Notes under the pieces: model-generated
What the model saw: the letters and a program-made list of their open reading frames with translations, nothing else
Database searches by the model: none
Told to the model about the DNA's origin: nothing
Part shown: one piece after another, positions 11,808-24,378 of the stretch
Layout of the letters: every line of letters starts with the position of its first letter
How positions within the stretch are numbered: position 1 is the stretch's first letter
Translations under genes and position numbers: made by a program
Source: Octopus sinensis
Lineage: Eukaryota
Assembly (NCBI RefSeq): GCF_006345805.1
Contig: NC_042999.1
Coordinates: forward strand, 152,582,001-152,646,000
Length of the DNA stretch: 64,000 nt
Reading direction: 5' to 3'

Positions 11808-12425
11808 CTAGCTGGCGTACCCGGTAATTCCCAGAGGTAAAGATGTTCTCAGTAGCTATTTAAACACCTTATTACTTTGATATAATAAAGCAATTTCGTT
11901 ATAAATGCCACAAAAGGCATATTTTCCGTCGCGAAAAAGTACAAAAAACTGTCAGCTGAAGGAGGGAGAGCTTGTCGGAAATTTGAAGCGAATTGGATGT
12001 TAAATGCAAAAGTTTTTGAGTGAATAAAAACTTGCAATCAAATTGAAAACATCATTTTTATGCGGTATTTTGTCCTCCCCTTACAACCTAAGTAAAATAT
12101 TTTTCCTTCATAAATCCTCGTAATATTTTTCACCTGTATCTCAAATTTGAAACGAATCGGTTGAGAAATGTTAATACAAAAAAAAAAATATCTTCCTTAT
12201 GGAAATTCCCATTCAAAACTCATATTGATTTTTTTTCAATTGGCCGCTGATTTGTAATTATCGATTTTTTTTTTCAACAATCTGGGTACGCCATGAGGTT
12301 TCCAGACATGAGATCTACTCACGTGTCAAATTTCATCAAAATCGATAAAACGATGTAGGAGGAGTTAGCTAACAACTCCACAAACAAACACACCCACAGA
12401 TAGAATTTTCCACATATGTGGTAGA
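11808..12425 (-). mobile_element. Non-autonomous Helitron
   Basis: Minus strand starts A|TC and ends CTAG|T, with a degenerate subterminal GC-rich hairpin. Confidence 0.7.
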
Positions 12426-12768
12426 TGTTTGTTACTGTTTATAGAGGTGCTGATGATTTTCCTAACACATTCAAATCTTAACCGAAAACCCGGTCTTCGA
12501 GTAGAATATCTAACACAAACTATAACAGCAGTTTCTTTCTCTTTATAAATTATACACCCTGCCGGAAATTAATTTAAGTAATTAAATGTTTTTAGCTGTT
12601 TGCGACTGTCATTGCTTATAGCGGAGAACTATACAAATACGTGATACATGCGTTTGTACAATTAGCTTAGGCTGTTTGAGTTTCAAACTCCATGTCCATA
12701 GGGCCGATGCTGTAATGATGACGGCAATCGAACCAATTATTGTTCAACAGAATAGTTGATAGCTCTAC

Positions 12769-12809
12769 CTCCGGGCCATATTCACAGTTTTATTATCTAT
12801 GCATAACAT
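12769..12809 (-). CDS. Possible 41-nt exon (MLCIDNKTVNMAR+AG), phase-compatible with 10263-10422
   Basis: Acceptor TTCTATTTTTTAG| and a weak donor AG|GTAGAG. Splices in frame to give ...NMARRLRSLEDEV. Confidence 0.2.
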
Positions 12810-12892
12810 CTAAAAAATAGAATTCCAATAGAGAAATTTACAGCGCCAGACGAGAGATTTAATGCTATTATAAAACCGCAGAGATTTTAAAC

Positions 12893-12943
<51 letters not shown>

Positions 12944-12999
12944 TAATAATGATAATAATAATAATAATAATAGTGATGATAATAATGATAATAATAATA

Positions 13000-13047
<48 letters not shown>

Positions 13048-13079
13048 TAATAATGATAATAATAATAATGATAATAATG

Positions 13080-13110
<31 letters not shown>

Positions 13111-13215
13111 TAATAATGATAATAATAATAATAATAATAGTGATGATGATAATATAATAATAATAATAATAGTGATGATAATAATAATAATATAATAATA
13201 ATAATAATAATGATA

Positions 13216-13252
<37 letters not shown>

Positions 13253-13288
13253 TAATAATAATAATAATAATATAATAATATAATAATG

Positions 13289-13327
<39 letters not shown>

Positions 13328-13382
13328 TAATAGTGATGATAATAATAATAATAATAATAATAATAATATAATAATAATAATA

Positions 13383-13416
<34 letters not shown>

Positions 13417-13491
13417 GTGATGATAATAATAATAATAATAATAATAACAATAATAATAATAATATAATAATAATAAATAATAATAATAATG

Positions 13492-13535
<44 letters not shown>

Positions 13536-13655
13536 TAATAATAATAATAATAATGATAATAATAAAATAATAATAATAATAATATATAATAATAATAATA
13601 ATAATAGTGATGATAATAATAATAATAATAATAATAGTGATGATAATAATAATAA
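12893..13655. repeat. ~760-bp imperfect (TAA)n microsatellite
   Basis: Read directly from the sequence. Confidence 0.95.
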
Positions 13656-14212
13656 AACCAATCTGCTTTCTCTCAGACAAAAGTTTCTATTTGAAATAAT
13701 GGCGTACTATTTTTACAAATGACTTTTTATCGTGCTACGTTATTAAGACGATTTCCTAAACTCTATTTTATAGGATATAGTAACATTCGTCTATTTAATA
13801 CAAGATGTTACGGTGAAGTTGTACTTTAGCGGTGAATTACATTCGGTGAACTGGTTTAGATTATAAACACTTAAAAAGTTGAATCAGTTTGGTTTGCCGT
13901 AAGGAACAGATGGGGTGGGGGTGGGGGGAAAGACCAAACGTTTCGGGCGTTCGATTTCGTCACAGAAAGATGGTATTTATATTCTAGATCAGACTTGATT
14001 TAGCGGACAGATCATACTATGAACAAAGACATTCCAACCGTGATCATCCCGTGCTTTTGTATCGCTTGATCTCCATTATCCAATGTATTTCTTTTTTTAA
14101 TACTGAAGAATATGATGGTGGTTTGAAGAAATTTGATAGTTATTCCTAATAAGGTGAGCGACCACACGAAGGGTTATTCATCTTCGAAGGATGGCACTGC
14201 ATAGATATAATA

Positions 14213-14600
14213 CAGGTGCAAGAGTGGCTGTGTGGTAAGTAGCTTGCTTACCAATCACATCGTTCTGGGTTCAGTCCCACTGCGTGGAACCTCTGACAAG
14301 TGTCTTCTACTATACCCTCGAGCCGACCAAAGCCTTGTGAGTGGATTTGGTAGACGGAAACTGAAAGAAGCCCGTCATATATATATATTTATATGTGTGT
14401 GTTTGTATGTATGTATGTATGTATGTATGTATGTATGTTGTATGTATGTATGTATGTATGTATGCATGTGTGTCTGTGTTTGTCCCCACCACCGTCGCTT
14501 GACAGCCGATGGTGGTGTGTCTACGTCCCCGTAACATTAGTGGTTCGGCACAAAGGACGTTGACAAAAAACAATATAAACATTAAAAAATAAAGCCTGAC
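14213..14600 (+). mobile_element. SINE family B, 3'-degenerate
   Basis: GAGTGGCTGTGTGGTAAGTAGCTTGCTTACC head and GTAGACGGAAACTGAAAGAAGCCCGTC body. Confidence 0.85.
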
Positions 14601-14685
14601 GAGTTAACTTTGTTTCTCCAATGAAAAAGACAACGTTGATTAGACCACCGGCAAAGTCCATAGATAGTGGATACATTGATAGACT

Positions 14686-14746
<61 letters not shown>

Positions 14747-14747
14747 G

Positions 14748-14839
<92 letters not shown>

Positions 14840-14840
14840 T
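14686..14840. repeat. (GATA)n microsatellite
   Basis: Read directly from the sequence. Confidence 0.95.
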
Positions 14841-15574
14841 TCAACTTGGGAAATAAATAGATGTCTTACTTACATACGTTAATCCACATTTTTATTACCA
14901 TCATCACCATCGCAGTGGTCCATATATTTCTGCAGGACCACCAAAAAGTGGGTGTTGGAAGCAGATAGATTTTCTGACCAGCAAATCCTGTCCCATATAT
15001 AAGAAGCCGAAAAGCATTCGTTTCATTCAAGTTAGAGGTTTCTTGGGCCAAGATATGACGGTAGGATAGTTATACACCCCTGCGTCGCCCTATTCCGGCG
15101 GTTATAGATGACGAAATAACCTAAGTATTTGCCGCTCGAAGCCTACCCTTCAGAGAGAACTTGCAACAACTCTATTTTTTGTCCTGGAACCAGACACTGA
15201 GGACCTTAATTAAGTCCTCAATTCAGCGATTGAAAGTTTCCGTTTTTGTGTGTCTTCCTGCACATACCTGTTACTCTTTCCGTACGATATCAACTCCCTC
15301 AATATCCGAACAATCTAATACCGTATCAGTACTAGTGCCCGCGAATTTAGTGATGGTTGTCATATGACACAGTTCAAGTGAGATAATTTTTGGTCTCTAT
15401 CCCCGGCGACAATAAGCCCAAGAACAAAACATATATACAAAAGACGGAAGAGGAGGTATCCTTGACAGGCTGATCAAACAATATTAAAACACTTCGAGAC
15501 GTAGCCGTATAGATGACTATTGAAAAGATGCCGCTGTATATTGTTACGATCCACACTCTAAAGGGAGGACTGAA

Positions 15575-18008
15575 ATAATGGTTTCAAATTTTGCCACAAG
15601 GAAGAGGGGATGAATCGATTGCATCGACCCCAGTACGCAACTGGTACTTATGTTATCGATCCCGAAAGGATGAATGGTAAAATCGATTTCAGCAGAACTC
15701 AGAACGTAGTGACGAGTGAAATACCGCTAAGCATTTCGTCCATCGCGCTAACGATTCTACCAGCTCGCTGCCTTGTTTACATAAGACATGTAAACTTAAT
15801 TTCTCGATCAGTTTGACTCCATCAAATGGCTTTTGAGCGTCTTTAGTAGGGCACACGCTTTGGCAAGCGTTTCTGCCAGATCTCCATTTTGCGAAGAACT
15901 CAGTCTCTGAAGTTGTGTAAATAAAAGAAAAAAGAGCCTGGGGTCAGCCTTCCATCTAACAAAGCCGTAGAAAAATATTTATAATGTTGTTTCTTATTTT
16001 AGCAAAAAGCCAGTAATTCTTAGAGGAGGGCCCAAGTCGATTACATCAATCCCGATACATATTTAACCGTACCCGGAAAAGACGAAATACCCTGTCAACC
16101 TCGGTGAAATTTGAACACAGAACTTAAAGAGCTGCAAGAAATGTCCCTCAGCATTTTGTCCAACACGCTGAAGATTCTTGTAGATCGCTGCCTGAAAAAT
16201 AATAATAATCCTATCTACTATGGACACAAGGCCTGAAACTTTGAAGGAGGGAGTTAGTCCAACATCGACACTAGGACTCAACTGGTCTTTAATTTATCGA
16301 CCTCAAAAGGATGGAAGGCAAGATCGATCTCAGCAACAGAATTCAGAACGTAAAGTTGGACACAATACTACTAAGCATTTTGTCCGGTATTTTAACAACA
16401 ATAATTGCTTTAAACTTTGGCAAATAGCCAACAAATTTTCTTTGCTTGATCGATGACATCCATCCCAGTTCTTAATAGGTACATTTTTTACTTAGAAAAG
16501 ATGAAAGGCGAACTAGACCAGTAGGCGTCGGCAGGATTTGAACTCGGAAGATAAAGTGCTTTAAGAACCGGTGATAAGCAGTTTGTCCGATGCGCTAATA
16601 ATTCTGCCAGGTCAATGCCTTCAAAATTGGCTTTAAATTTTGGAACAAAGCCAGCAACTTCGGAGGCGGTAGAAAGTTGATTACATCGATCCCCAATACT
16701 CCATTGGTGCTTATATTATCGACACCGAAAGGATTAAAGGCAAGATCGACCTCGACAGAATTTGAACTCAGAACGTAAAGTCGGACAAAATACCGCTAAG
16801 CATCTTATCCGGCTCTGTAACGATTCTGCCATCTCGCTACGTAAACAATTGTAATTGTCCTTTCAACAGTAAGCACAAGGCCTGGAATTTGGAAGGAGTG
16901 GGCCAGTCGAATACATCGACCCCAGTATTCAACTAGTGTCTATTTGATGGACTCCAATAGGATGAAAGACAAAGTTGACATCGGTAGAATTTGGACCCAC
17001 AACATAGGATAGGAGCACTCCGTCGGCTACGACGAGGGTCCCAGTTGATACGATCAACGGAACAGCCTGCTCATGAAATTAACGTGCAAGTGGCTGAGCA
17101 CTCCACAGACAGGTGTACCCATAACGTAGTTCTCAGATAGATTCAGCGCGACACAGAGTGTGACAAGGCTGGCCCTTTGAAATACAGGTACTACTCATTT
17201 TCGCCAGCTGAGTAGACAGGAGGAATGTGAAATAAAGTGTCTTGCTCAAAGACACAACACGTCACCGGGAATCGAACTCACAACCTTACGATTATGAACC
17301 CAATGCCCTAACCACTAAGCCACGCTCCCACAACATAAAGACGGACAAAATGCCGGTAACATTTTTGTACGATGCATTATCGTTTCTGACCAGTTCGCTG
17401 CCTTAGCAATAATAATATTCTTTTCTGCTCTAGGGGGCCAGTCCATAAGATCGACCTCAGTACGCAACTGGTACTTAATTTGTCGATCCCGAAAGGATGA
17501 AAGGCAAAGTCGACCTCGGCGGAATTTGAACTCAGAACGTAACGGTAGCCGAAATACCTATTTCTTTACTGCCTACAAGGGGCTACACACAGAGGAGACA
17601 AACAAGGACAGACAAAGGGATTAAGTCGATTATATCGACCCCAGTGTGTAACTGGTACTTATTTAATCGACCTCGAAAGGATGAAAGGCAAAGTTGACCT
17701 CGGCGGAATTTGAACTCAGAACGTAGCGGCAGACAAAATACCGCTAAGCATTTCGCCCGGGGTGCTAACGTTTCTTATTCTTTATTGCTCACAAGGGGCT
17801 AAACATAGAGGGGACAAAGAAGGACAGACATAGAAATTAAGTTGATTACATCGACCACAGTGCCTAATTGGCACTTAATTTATCGACCCAGAAAGGATGA
17901 AAGGCAAAGTCGACCCCGGCGGAATTTGAACTCGTAACGTAAATACAGACGAAATAACGCCAAGCATTTCACCCGGCGTCCTAGCGTTTTTGCCAGCTCG
18001 CTGCCTCA
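15575..18008 (-). mobile_element. Cluster of about nine same-orientation family A SINE units of differing divergence
   Basis: Repeated ATCGACCCCGAAAGGATGAAAGGCAAAGTCGACC-like cores near 15655, 16070, 16300, 16500, 16720, 16955, 17485, 17670 and 17885. Confidence 0.85.
17007..17330 (-). mobile_element. SINE family M (Meta-domain-like) nested in a family A copy
   Basis: Minus strand: TGGCTTAGTGG / GAGTTCGATTCCC head and TTGTGTCTTTGAGCAAGACACTTTATTTCAC core, with the same tail as 9110-9480. TSD CCCACAACATA at 16996-17006 and 17327-17337. Confidence 0.85.
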
Positions 18009-18454
18009 GCAATAATAATATTAATATAACAATAAAACTGATTGCATTAATATAAGCCTATAAAACATGAGAGAAGGTACTTTAACAGATAAGATTGGGG
18101 GCATATACATATAAGTTGTTGCTTTTTTTTCTAACTTGTTCCTTGTTCGTTGGTATTTTTAAATACTTTTTGTTTTTATTTATTTTTTATTCTTTCTTTT
18201 TTTTGAGAGCCTCTAGAATTAAAGGAGGAATCTTTATGGCACTGAAATGTCGTAATGTTATCAAAGGAAATATCATCAACAACAACAAGACCGTCAACGA
18301 TAAAAAAAAAAATAGAAAAACAAAGGCAAAACAACAAACAACAGCAGCAGTAGCAGCTGGAGGAGGAGGAGCAACGTCAAGAACAACAAATGCATGAATA
18401 ACAAAACAAGCAAAAAAAAAATACTGCACTAAGCACAATAACAACAATAAACTA

Positions 18455-18509
18455 CAACAAACAACAATAATAATAATGCAAGTAATAATGATTTCTTTTA
18501 TAAATAGTG

Positions 18510-18590
<81 letters not shown>

Positions 18591-18670
18591 CAACAACAAC
18601 AACAACAAAAACAATAATAATGATAATAGAAGTCATAATAAAAATGATGATGATGATAATGATGATGATC
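18455..18670. repeat. (TAA)/(CAA)/(GAT)n microsatellite
   Basis: Read directly from the sequence. Confidence 0.9.
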
Positions 18671-18856
18671 CTAGCTATAATAACAATAAAGAATAAATGG
18701 AATAAAAAAAAGGCAAAAGACAACAGGAAAAACAACGAAAATGGTGAAAAAAATACACCCTCAAAAGTAATAAATATAAAAAGTAAAAACATAAACAATA
18801 ATATAAACAGAAACAACAAAGAATATAAATCATTCCGCACTTTTTCGCTTGTTGCT

Positions 18857-18900
<44 letters not shown>

Positions 18901-19079
18901 TGAGTGTGTGTGTGTGTGTATGTGTGTAGATTTACATAAACGAGCTCTATAGGTTTCTCTGTGTGTGTGTGTGCACATAAGGAGAACTGTAATTGTATAA
19001 TTGTGTGAATGTGTCTCCCTTTGTGACTATGTAATCGTGTATTTATGTATAGATTGCTGCCTTTGGCATAAGAATACAC

Positions 19080-19257
19080 GTACATATATACACACACATA
19101 CATACATATATAGTATAATCATATATGTATAGATGTGTGTATACACACACATAAAGACATATACATATATATATATATATATATATAAGTATATGTGTAT
19201 ATTTCTACATATACACATATAAATGTATATGTCTCTCTCTCTATATATGTGTGTGTA

Positions 19258-19296
<39 letters not shown>

Positions 19297-19340
19297 TACA
19301 TTATACATACATATATATATATATATATACATATATATAC

Positions 19341-19373
<33 letters not shown>

Positions 19374-19376
19374 CAC

Positions 19377-19413
<37 letters not shown>

Positions 19414-19423
19414 TATATTTATT

Positions 19424-19456
<33 letters not shown>

Positions 19457-19471
19457 ATATATATATATTTA

Positions 19472-19522
<51 letters not shown>

Positions 19523-19530
19523 TATACATG
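19080..19530. repeat. Imperfect (TA)n tract
   Basis: Read directly from the sequence. Confidence 0.95.
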
Positions 19531-20227
19531 TTCTTATATGTGCACTAATAATGTATGTACATGTTACATGTGCGTGATTTTATGTGGAAGACAATCAATG
19601 CAAGTCTAACTGTACGGTACCAGCAACAATTTTGATTTTATCAATATTACAGAACGTCTGATTGTATGCTATATTACTGGATTATGCTAATAGATCTTGG
19701 AAATTGCACAAGATTCTAGCGATAAAAACCAACAACAAACTTTCTGTTATAGCAAAGTCATTCCATTCATATTTAGCATTTTCCTGAATATCTGATGTGT
19801 CGTGAGCATTTACAACGAAGTACTTAGTTGCGCGCGCATGTCTTATGTTAATTAAGAATTTGTGTGCGTGTGCGTATCCGTGTCTGCTTGCGTACGTGTG
19901 TGTTTGTGTGTTTGTTCAATGTGTGTGCGTTTCTGTTTTTGTATGTGCTGTGTCTTTGATATTTGGTGTTGTGTGTATTGTGAATAGCGCTCTGTATCTG
20001 TTTATAGATATTTCTCTCTCTCTCTCTTACACTCAATTACACAGATATACACACACATACACACATACACACAAGTGCGCGCACATGTACTCACGCATAC
20101 ATGTTCACACGTGCCTGTGTTGTGTTTGTGTATGTGAGTGTGCGTTTAGCCTGCCGACATACGCAAGCGAGAGTGGCAGAGTAACATGTACCATATTTTC
20201 TCGAATGGTTTTAGATGCCTGTATTGT

Positions 20228-20635
20228 CAGGAGTGGCTGTGTGGTAAGTAGCTTGCTTACCAGCCACATAGTTCTGCGTTCAGTCCCATTGCGTGGAACG
20301 TTGGGCAAGTGTCTTCTACTATAGCCTCGGGCCAACCAAAGCCATGTGAGTGGATTTGGTAGACGGAAACTGAATGAAACCCGTCGTGTTTATGTGTGTG
20401 TGTGTTTGTGTGTGTGTTTATATGTTTGTGTGTTTGTGTTTGTTCCCCCCAACATCACTTGTCAAACGATGCTGGTATGTTTACGTCTCCGTAACTTAGC
20501 GGTTCGGCAAAAGACCGATAGAATAAGTACTAGGCTTACAAAGAATAAGTCCTGGGATCGATTTGCTCGACGAAAAGCGGTGCTCCAGCATGGCCTCAGT
20601 TAAATGACTGAAACAAGTAACAAGGTAAGAGTAGA
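20228..20635 (+). mobile_element. SINE family B, full length
   Basis: Head, CORE-like segment and tail GCGGTGCTCCAGCATGGCCTCAGTTAAATGACTGAAACAAG. Confidence 0.9.
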
Positions 20636-20649
20636 TAGAGACACTCTTC

Positions 20650-20785
20650 TTTGGCCTAGTAGTTAGGGGTATTGAATTCAAAGTTGTGAGGTTGTGAGTT
20701 CAAGTCTTGAACTGGGTTGTGAGATGTGTTACTGAGGAAGGCACGTCCTTTACCGTTACTCCAATCTGCTCAGCTGAAAGTTACC
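20650..20785 (+). mobile_element. Degenerate family M-like SINE head
   Basis: TGGCCTAGTAGTTAGG...GAGTTCAAGTC...TGTGTTACTGAGGAAGGCAC...CTCAGCTG. Confidence 0.55.
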
Positions 20786-21057
20786 AATGTAGTCCTCCTA
20801 CATTCGTTCCTCCCTCCAGGTGTCTGAACTTCGAAATTTACTCCTAAAGATTAAACTTAAAATAAGATTGCAATAAAAAATGAAAAGTATAAAGCTGTCA
20901 GTCACAAACATAATAAAGAGAGTCACGATCATCAATATAACCAGGTTAGACGAAATAATATGTATTAATAATAATAAGTGCTCAGTCGGACGGTTCTGAT
21001 AGGAATATCACAACCCCTTTAACATGTGAAACAAGTACGTATAAAACGAATAGAAAA

Positions 21058-21454
21058 CTAGAAGTATCGCCCGGCGTTGCTCGGGTTTGTAAGGGAAATA
21101 ACTATATAAGCATTTTTAGAGAGTTATAGCCAAAAAATAGCAAAAAATGCATTAAAAATGGAAAAAAAATTATGGTAAATTTTTTTTTAAATCGTTGACT
21201 CATCGTAGACATTTTTAGAGAGTTACTTCCCTTATATAATAGCGAAAAAAATGCATTAAAATGGAAAAAATGATGGTAAATATTTTTTTTAATCGTAGAC
21301 TCATCGTAGACGCGCGCTAATACCCAGAAGGGCTCGATATGTATCACGACTATAAGATACCCGGTTTTGGTTAAACTGCACCGCAAAATGTGGGAGTAGT
21401 TAGGAATCTAAATCGTAGGAGACAGACATACAGCTTCACTTTTATATATAAAGA
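21058..21454 (-). mobile_element. Non-autonomous Helitron (same family as 43077-43468)
   Basis: Minus strand A|TCTTTATATATAAAA...CCCGAGCAACGCCGGG hairpin...CTAG|T. Internal direct duplication; second copy at 43077. Confidence 0.9.
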
Positions 21455-21564
21455 TATATTTCTATCGATAATAACTGCAATACCGAAGCAACGTAGCTGT
21501 AAATAAAGAGAGACGCAAATACTACAGCCATATGACAAAAATGATTCTGAAATTGATATTGAAA

Positions 21565-22060
21565 TCTAAGACTCGCAAAGAATCAGGAAATCAGGAAGAA
21601 TCTCAAAAATTCTTAGGACACCTAAACTATTAGATATCTTATTTCTTATTTCTTATTTCTTTATTGCCCACAAGGAGCCAAACATAGAGGGGACAAACAA
21701 AGACAGACAAAGGGATTAAGTCGATTAGATCGACCCCAGTGCCTAACTGGTACTTAATTTTTCGACCCCCGAAAGGATGAAAGGCAAAGTCGACCTCGGC
21801 GGAATTTGAAGTCAGAACGTAACGGCAGACGAAATACCGATAAGCATTTCGCCCGGCCTGCTAACGTTTCTGCCAGCTCGCTACCTTAACTATTAGATTT
21901 CGTCCGATTTTAGAAGAACCAGGTAAACTAAATCAAAAATTAATGAAGAATCAACAATGACAGATGACAGAGTCTGAGGAGGAGTGCTTGCAAAAAAATA
22001 TCCTCCAACCAGCAGAGTTAATCTTGTTCAAATCCACAAACGGAATGCATGCACAATTGT
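21565..22060 (+). pseudogene. Decayed Ty3/Gypsy-like pol (RT thumb/connection) split by a SINE
   Basis: With the SINE removed: NQEESQKFLGHLNY/RFRPILEEPGKLNQKLMKNQQ*QMTESEEECLQK. This resembles the Gypsy motif FLG..NYYRRF.P.L....L..LL.K...W.WT. Confidence 0.5.
21637..21887 (-). mobile_element. SINE family A monomer with TSD
   Basis: Full head to tail; AACTATTAGAT is duplicated on both sides. Confidence 0.92.
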
Positions 22061-24378
22061 AAAAGGCCGAAACAACTTAAGATGTAAAGACAGTCCAGAC
22101 ACCAGAGAAAACAAACAGCTAGAAGTCACACTAATAATAAAAGCCCAAAGATTTTATTGAAATATCAAAGAATGAACAGGAATATTTAATAACACCTAAC
22201 TGGATCACTCAAAAGAAGCAAAATTCATTGACAATTACTAATCCATAATCTATCTTCCTGCGGCGTAGTATAATAATAGTGCAGCTCATAAGCAAGTGAG
22301 AAAATAAGTTTTGAAAACACCAGAAATAGCAAATATCACTGAGGCACCGCAATTAGAGATACCATAAGTGAAAACTGTTAAAGGAGAAGGATCAGAGCAT
22401 GACATCGATTGACTACAAGGTTTCCCATTCGTGGATCCTCGAAACATCAATCATGTAGAATGTAGCAATAATAGAAGATATCTAAACTTGACTAAATGTC
22501 AATGACAAACAATTCTGCAAGTACTGATAAAAATAGAAATTATGAAATAAAATCAACCCACTTTTCTAAGAAGACGAACATTTTACGATAGCTCCTCTAC
22601 TCTGTTGCTTTTCTGCCTGCTGATAACACCTTTAATCAACACATCCTACCATACTGAATTCGGATACAATGCTACCGTGGAACAATCAACCGTCATTAGT
22701 GTTTGGATGACCATAAGTTGTATGCTGTACATGATAATTCGAAACACTGCTACAGATTATTTATAGATTCACCATAAGTACTGACACGAGGATCTGGTTA
22801 GAAATATATGCCAAAACAATCTTGAAGGTATCAATGAAAAGCTGGAGTACAACACACAATTGAAAGAAAGAAGTTTAGTAAAAATAAATGATACAATCGA
22901 GTTGGATTAATACTTAAAACGTTCGTAAATGGAAAATAATAACACAGCGTCTCTCCTAGTAATCAGATGTAATTTAGGAAATCAATATAAATATAATACA
23001 GAAGGTAAAGTAACAGACAATTGCGAGAACAAAGGAGGAGAGAACGAGATTGGTGCAAAATTAATATGTCGGATGAAAGCAACATAATGCCATGCTAGGA
23101 CGAAACCTCTGGACATTTTATACATGAAAAGAAATGAATAGAAGCTAAAGCGATGCAAAAAATATCCAGTAACTGTTGAGAAGAACCGAACATATGAGAC
23201 CAAAGTATTTAGAAAAGATTCAAGTTTGGTAAAATCACTAACGAAAAACAAGTGTTTATTAGGCCTCTTGCATTAGATAAGATAGAATGTATCTTAGATA
23301 AGATTGAATGTATCCACAAGTTAGGAAGAGGTGAGACTTTCTCACACACTGGAAATTATTCTGTAACTTTGAAATAGCAACAGAGAAGAAGCGATGCAAT
23401 CTTATATCAGATAAGTGGCCAAAGAACAAAGAGACCATGTCAGTATATGCAGAAGGGGTTATCAAAGCGATTAGACTAGATTATTGTTATCCAAGGCTTA
23501 AAAGATCGAATTATCTATCCGAAAGTATATTTCCTGGTCGAATTATAGGTTGCAACGGATGATAAATAATCTCTATGAGGAATAGGGAAATTATTGGAAT
23601 CTGGAAATAGAGATAACCAGAATGCAGAGTAGAGAAATAGAAATAATGCCTAATCCCTATAATATGAGATGCCAAGAACTATGAATACAATAGAAATAAA
23701 TATATACGTTCGCTCAAGATGCCATGCTGTGAGATTGAACATGGAGCCTTGTGGTTGGGAAGCAAAAATGCTTATCATACAGCAACGCATATGCCAAATA
23801 CTTATCCTTCAAAATTTAGTATTCGTTTCATGATATCTAGAAATTTGATAAAAGTTAAATTATTAATATTTTGTGACAGCCATTTAGCATATTTTCTCTT
23901 ATAACACATAGCAGCATAAGTACTCTTTGACGGCTAATTTTATTTGCATTTTTATTTAGGAATTTCCAATTTTCCAACATTTTGAAGGGTAAAGATCTGT
24001 TGATACCATTGAACCCAATACGGTATTGGCACTTAATTTTATCGAACCTGGAAGAATGAAAAGCGAAGTTGACATCGGCGCGGTTTGAACTCAGAATGGT
24101 GGGTTAATACTGCAACAAATTCTTTCTCCGACTCTCTAACGATTCTAGCAGCTCACCGTCTTAAAAATTCAAAAATGGTCTCCAGTTTCCAGAAAATTTC
24201 AGAACAGGTTACTACATATTATTTATTCTAGCAAATCCGTCGCTACGTTCTGAGTTCGAATTCCACCTAGGTCAACTTTGTCTTTCATCCTTTTGGAGTC
24301 GATATATTAAGAACCAGTGAAATGTCCCTCCTAAAACTTCAGGCCTTATGCCTATAATATAAGGGATTATTTATTCTA

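Noticed and set aside
14866-15051. Minus-strand ORF ending at GTATGT/GTAAGT donors as a vWA beta2-beta3 exon
   Set aside because: In-frame stop just upstream, no convincing acceptor and weak resemblance; not supportable without RNA data.
19027-19577. YI/VC-repeat ORFs (also around 8.7, 26.9, 35.5, 40-41, 44-45, 47.6 and 51 kb)
   Set aside because: They are dinucleotide or tetranucleotide repeat translations.
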